From assembly GCA_947598425.1 (NCBI GenBank), contig CANQFH010000001.1:1-28001 (forward strand): a stretch of DNA of 28,001 nucleotides, written 5' to 3'. The position numbers and the translations under genes are program-made. Under the pieces are notes generated by a model. The model was not told the origin of the DNA. It searched no databases and saw only the letters and a list, made by a program, of their open reading frames with translations. This stretch comes from an uncultured Bacilli bacterium (GTDB taxonomy: Bacteria > Bacillota_I > Bacilli_A > RF39 > UBA660). Positions 25,136 through 28,001 of this stretch are shown one piece after another. Numbering within the stretch: position 1 is the first letter of the stretch; the number at the start of each line of letters is the position of its first letter.

Positions 25136-28001
25136 CTAATTATCTTTTATTGCTATTAATAATTTAACTAAATAATATATATAATGTTTTTCTAATCCTT
25201 TATAATATAATGTAATAATAATATTCTTATTCATATATTTAATATTAAATTTATTAGATATACTCATGGTTTCAAATAATAATTTATCTCCCTTAATATT
25301 ATTAGATAATTCTTCATTTAATACAATCTCTATTGTGCGATCATCTTTTTTAACTTTATTAATATTTAACATCTTACATAAGTTAGTAAACCATTCTTCA
25401 TACATATATATTTCCATATCTTTATCAATATTACCAAAACGATCTTTTAATTCATTTTTAACTGCTTCTAACTTTTCCATAGAGTCAATTTCATTAATTT
25501 TTTGATGTATTTCTATTTTAATATCTTCATCACTTACATACTCATCTTTAATATGCGTAGCTACTTCGATTAAATTACGATTATCATCATCTTCTTCTTC
25601 AACATATTCTCCCTTATCTTTTTTAATTTCATCTTCCACTAATTTCATATACAAACTAATACCTACAGAGTCAACAAAACCAGCTTGTTCACTACCAAAG
25701 ATATCTCCAGCCCCTCTTAAAGATAAATCTCGCATCGCAATTTTATAACCACTACCTAATTCCGTAAACTCTTTAATTGCTTGTAATCTTTTAACTGCTA
25801 TTTCATTTAACATTTTCTTTTTATCATATAAAAGATAAGCATAAGCAACACGATCACTTCTACCAACACGGCCTCTAATTTGATATAACTGAGCTAATCC
25901 AAAATTATCAGCATCATACACTATTAAAGTATTAGCATTAGCAATATCAATACCATTTTCAATGATTGTCGTACATATTAATATATCATATTTATAATTA
26001 ACAAAATCATCCATGATATTTTCTAATTCTTCTTTAGTCATCCGGCCATGAGCATAATTAATCCTAGCTTCTGGTACTAAACTTTTAATATGATCTACAA
26101 TACGATCTAGCCCATCTATTCTATTAAATAATATAAATATTTGTCCTTTTCTTCCTAATTCTTTATATATAGCATCTTTAATTAATAAATCATTTTCTTC
26201 AACTACATAAGTTTGAACAGGATATCTATTAATTGGAGGAGTATCTATAATAGATAAATCTCTTAATCCAGATAAAGCCATTTTTAAAGTTCTTGGTATT
26301 GGAGTAGCTGATAAAGTTAAAACATTAACATCATTTTTTAATTCTTTTATTTTTTCTTTATGTTTAACACCAAAACGTTGTTCTTCATCAACCACTAGTA
26401 AACCTAATTTTGCGGGTTTAATATCATCACTTAATATTCGATGAGTACCTACTAAGATATCTATAGTACCATGAGAAAAACCATCTAATATATACTTTTC
26501 TTCTTTTAAAGTCGTAAATCTATTTAATAGTCTTATTTCTACTGGAATATCTTTAAATCTTTCTTTAATAACATTATATTGTTGTTTTGATAATATTGTT
26601 GTTGGACATAAATACATAACTTGTTTATTATTAATAACTGTTTTAAATATACCTCGCATCGCCACTTCAGTTTTACCAAAACCAACATCGCCACATAGTA
26701 AACGATCCATAGGTATTGAACTATTTAAATCTCGATTGATTTCATCAATGGCTTTTAATTGATCTTTAGTCGCAGTATATTCAAAAGAAGAAGCAAATAC
26801 TTCTTGTTCTGCATAATCTTTATATGGAGTACCTTTAATTTGAGCTCTTTTCGCGTATAAATCCATTAATTCTCTTGATATATCCTGAGCTTTCTTTTTA
26901 ACTGCTAATTTAGTTTTAGCCCAACTAGCAGAATTTAATTTATTTAATTTAGGAGGTATACCATCTTTAGAAGTATATTTATATATAGAATTAATTTTTT
27001 CTACTGGAATATATATTTTATCATTACCTTCATATAATAATTGAATATAATCTTTATCTAAACCATCTTTCTTTAAAGTAACTAAACCATTATATATTCC
27101 AATACCATGATTTATATGAACTACATAATCTCCCTTTTCTAAATCATTATAACTTTTTATCTTCTTACCAACATGTAAATTATTAATATATTTTTGAGCT
27201 ACTTTAACTTCTATCCCGATATCACTTTCAGATATACATACAATATCATTTAATATAAACCCTTTACTTATCTTTTCTTTAATGATATTAGCACCAGGTA
27301 TTAAATTCTTAATTGTTTTTATTTCTTTATCTAAAGATAAATAAAAATATACTTTTTTTCCTTCTTTAATCCATTTATTATAAGTATCTTTTAAATAATC
27401 AAAATTCTCATTAAAATGAGGTATTTCGGTACTAACTATATCTGTTGGATTATTAATAGTATCAATATATAATTCATACTTAGGATTAATATCTTCTAAA
27501 TTATACAAATATTTTTGATTATTATCTTGTTGATATTCAATTAGTTCATTACATAATTTTTCATATGCTACATTTATTTGTTCTTTATTTAAATAAACCA
27601 CTATTGGATTATTAGCATAATCATATAAAGAATTATGAGAAGTAGTCTCTATTTCTTGAAAAGGTTTAATAATAATATTATCAATATCATTAATTTTTCT
27701 TTGGGTATTTTCATCAAAATATCTAATAGATTCAATAGTATTACCAAAAAACTCTATTCTTATAGGATGAAGTTCATTTACAATATAAATATCGATTATA
27801 AATCCTCTTACGGAATATTCTCCAGAAGTAGTTACTAATGATTCTTTATGATAACCAAAACTATCTAAAGTATTTAATAATTCTTCCCTATTAATAGCAT
27901 CATTTACTTTTAAAGTTAAAGAATCTTTTTCATTTAGAGAAGGTAAATATTTTAAATAACCCATTAAATTAGTAATAATTATATTATTTTTAACTTTTAA
28001 T
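25136..28001 (-). CDS. mfd: Transcription-repair coupling factor, 5'-partial (ORF open at the window edge)
   Basis: GEYSVRGFIIDIY, GDYVVH..HGIG, LCGDVGFGKTEVA, VVDEEQRFG, SATPIPRTL, QIRGRVGR, DLSLRGAG. The frame has no stop upstream of 27964 (LKVKNNIIITNL-MGY). Confidence 0.97.
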   Translation of the reverse strand, partial: LKVKNNIIITNLMGYLKYLPSLNEKDSLTLKVNDAINREELLNTLDSFGYHKESLVTTSGEYSVRGFIIDIYIVNELHPIRIEFFGNTIESIRYFDENTQRKINDIDNIIIKPFQEIETTSHNSLYDYANNPIVVYLNKEQINVAYEKLCNELIEYQQDNNQKYLYNLEDINPKYELYIDTINNPTDIVSTEIPHFNENFDYLKDTYNKWIKEGKKVYFYLSLDKEIKTIKNLIPGANIIKEKISKGFILNDIVCISESDIGIEVKVAQKYINNLHVGKKIKSYNDLEKGDYVVHINHGIGIYNGLVTLKKDGLDKDYIQLLYEGNDKIYIPVEKINSIYKYTSKDGIPPKLNKLNSASWAKTKLAVKKKAQDISRELMDLYAKRAQIKGTPYKDYAEQEVFASSFEYTATKDQLKAIDEINRDLNSSIPMDRLLCGDVGFGKTEVAMRGIFKTVINNKQVMYLCPTTILSKQQYNVIKERFKDIPVEIRLLNRFTTLKEEKYILDGFSHGTIDILVGTHRILSDDIKPAKLGLLVVDEEQRFGVKHKEKIKELKNDVNVLTLSATPIPRTLKMALSGLRDLSIIDTPPINRYPVQTYVVEENDLLIKDAIYKELGRKGQIFILFNRIDGLDRIVDHIKSLVPEARINYAHGRMTKEELENIMDDFVNYKYDILICTTIIENGIDIANANTLIVYDADNFGLAQLYQIRGRVGRSDRVAYAYLLYDKKKMLNEIAVKRLQAIKEFTELGSGYKIAMRDLSLRGAGDIFGSEQAGFVDSVGISLYMKLVEDEIKKDKGEYVEEEDDDNRNLIEVATHIKDEYVSDEDIKIEIHQKINEIDSMEKLEAVKNELKDRFGNIDKDMEIYMYEEWFTNLCKMLNINKVKKDDRTIEIVLNEELSNNIKGDKLLFETMSISNKFNIKYMNKNIIITLYYKGLEKHYIYYLVKLLIAIKDN

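Noticed and set aside
25266-27838. + strand ORFs 25266-25505 and 27635-27838
   Set aside because: Antisense shadows inside mfd.
27964-28001. Apparent N-terminally truncated Mfd (942 aa)
   Set aside because: The frame stays open to the window edge, so the true start is outside the window.

Overview
Very AT-rich window from a low-GC Bacillota (Bacilli-like) chromosome using genetic code 11 (TGA is a stop in murF and in coupled ATGA junctions). It resembles genome-reduced RF39-type gut Bacilli, but that assignment is inference. The backbone, almost all on the minus strand, is a condensed B. subtilis-type yab sporulation/cell-wall region: mfd (open at the right edge), spoVT, yabE-like 3D gene, rsmA/ksgA, yabG (frameshifted), veg, hydrolase-murF-ddl, spoVG, yabP-yabQ-divIC, then clpP (+), a nucleoside kinase and gap. 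Two accessory blocks interrupt it. (1) 9.5-18.4 kb, between ksgA and yabG: a tightly coupled 8-gene operon with its own sigmaA promoter and terminator, encoding five helicase-less proteins with 19 helicase-associated (HA) repeats, a MoxR-type AAA+ ATPase, a catalytically dead mini-AAA paralogue and an HExxH-peptidase/vWA protein. This is the best candidate for an undescribed conflict or defence system. (2) 20.2-24.6 kb: a stand-alone HEPN-like gene, a ligase-less LigD, a ribbon-helix-helix regulator and two exported proteins. The larger exported protein ends in a CLec-like segment with a sharp GC-rich, adenine-depleted signature typical of a diversity-generating retroelement (DGR) variable region, although no RT or template repeat is in the window. 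A candidate ~135-nt structured sRNA lies at the left edge. No tRNA, rRNA, CRISPR array, transposase or integrase was seen. All family calls are from motif recognition; no database searches were run.
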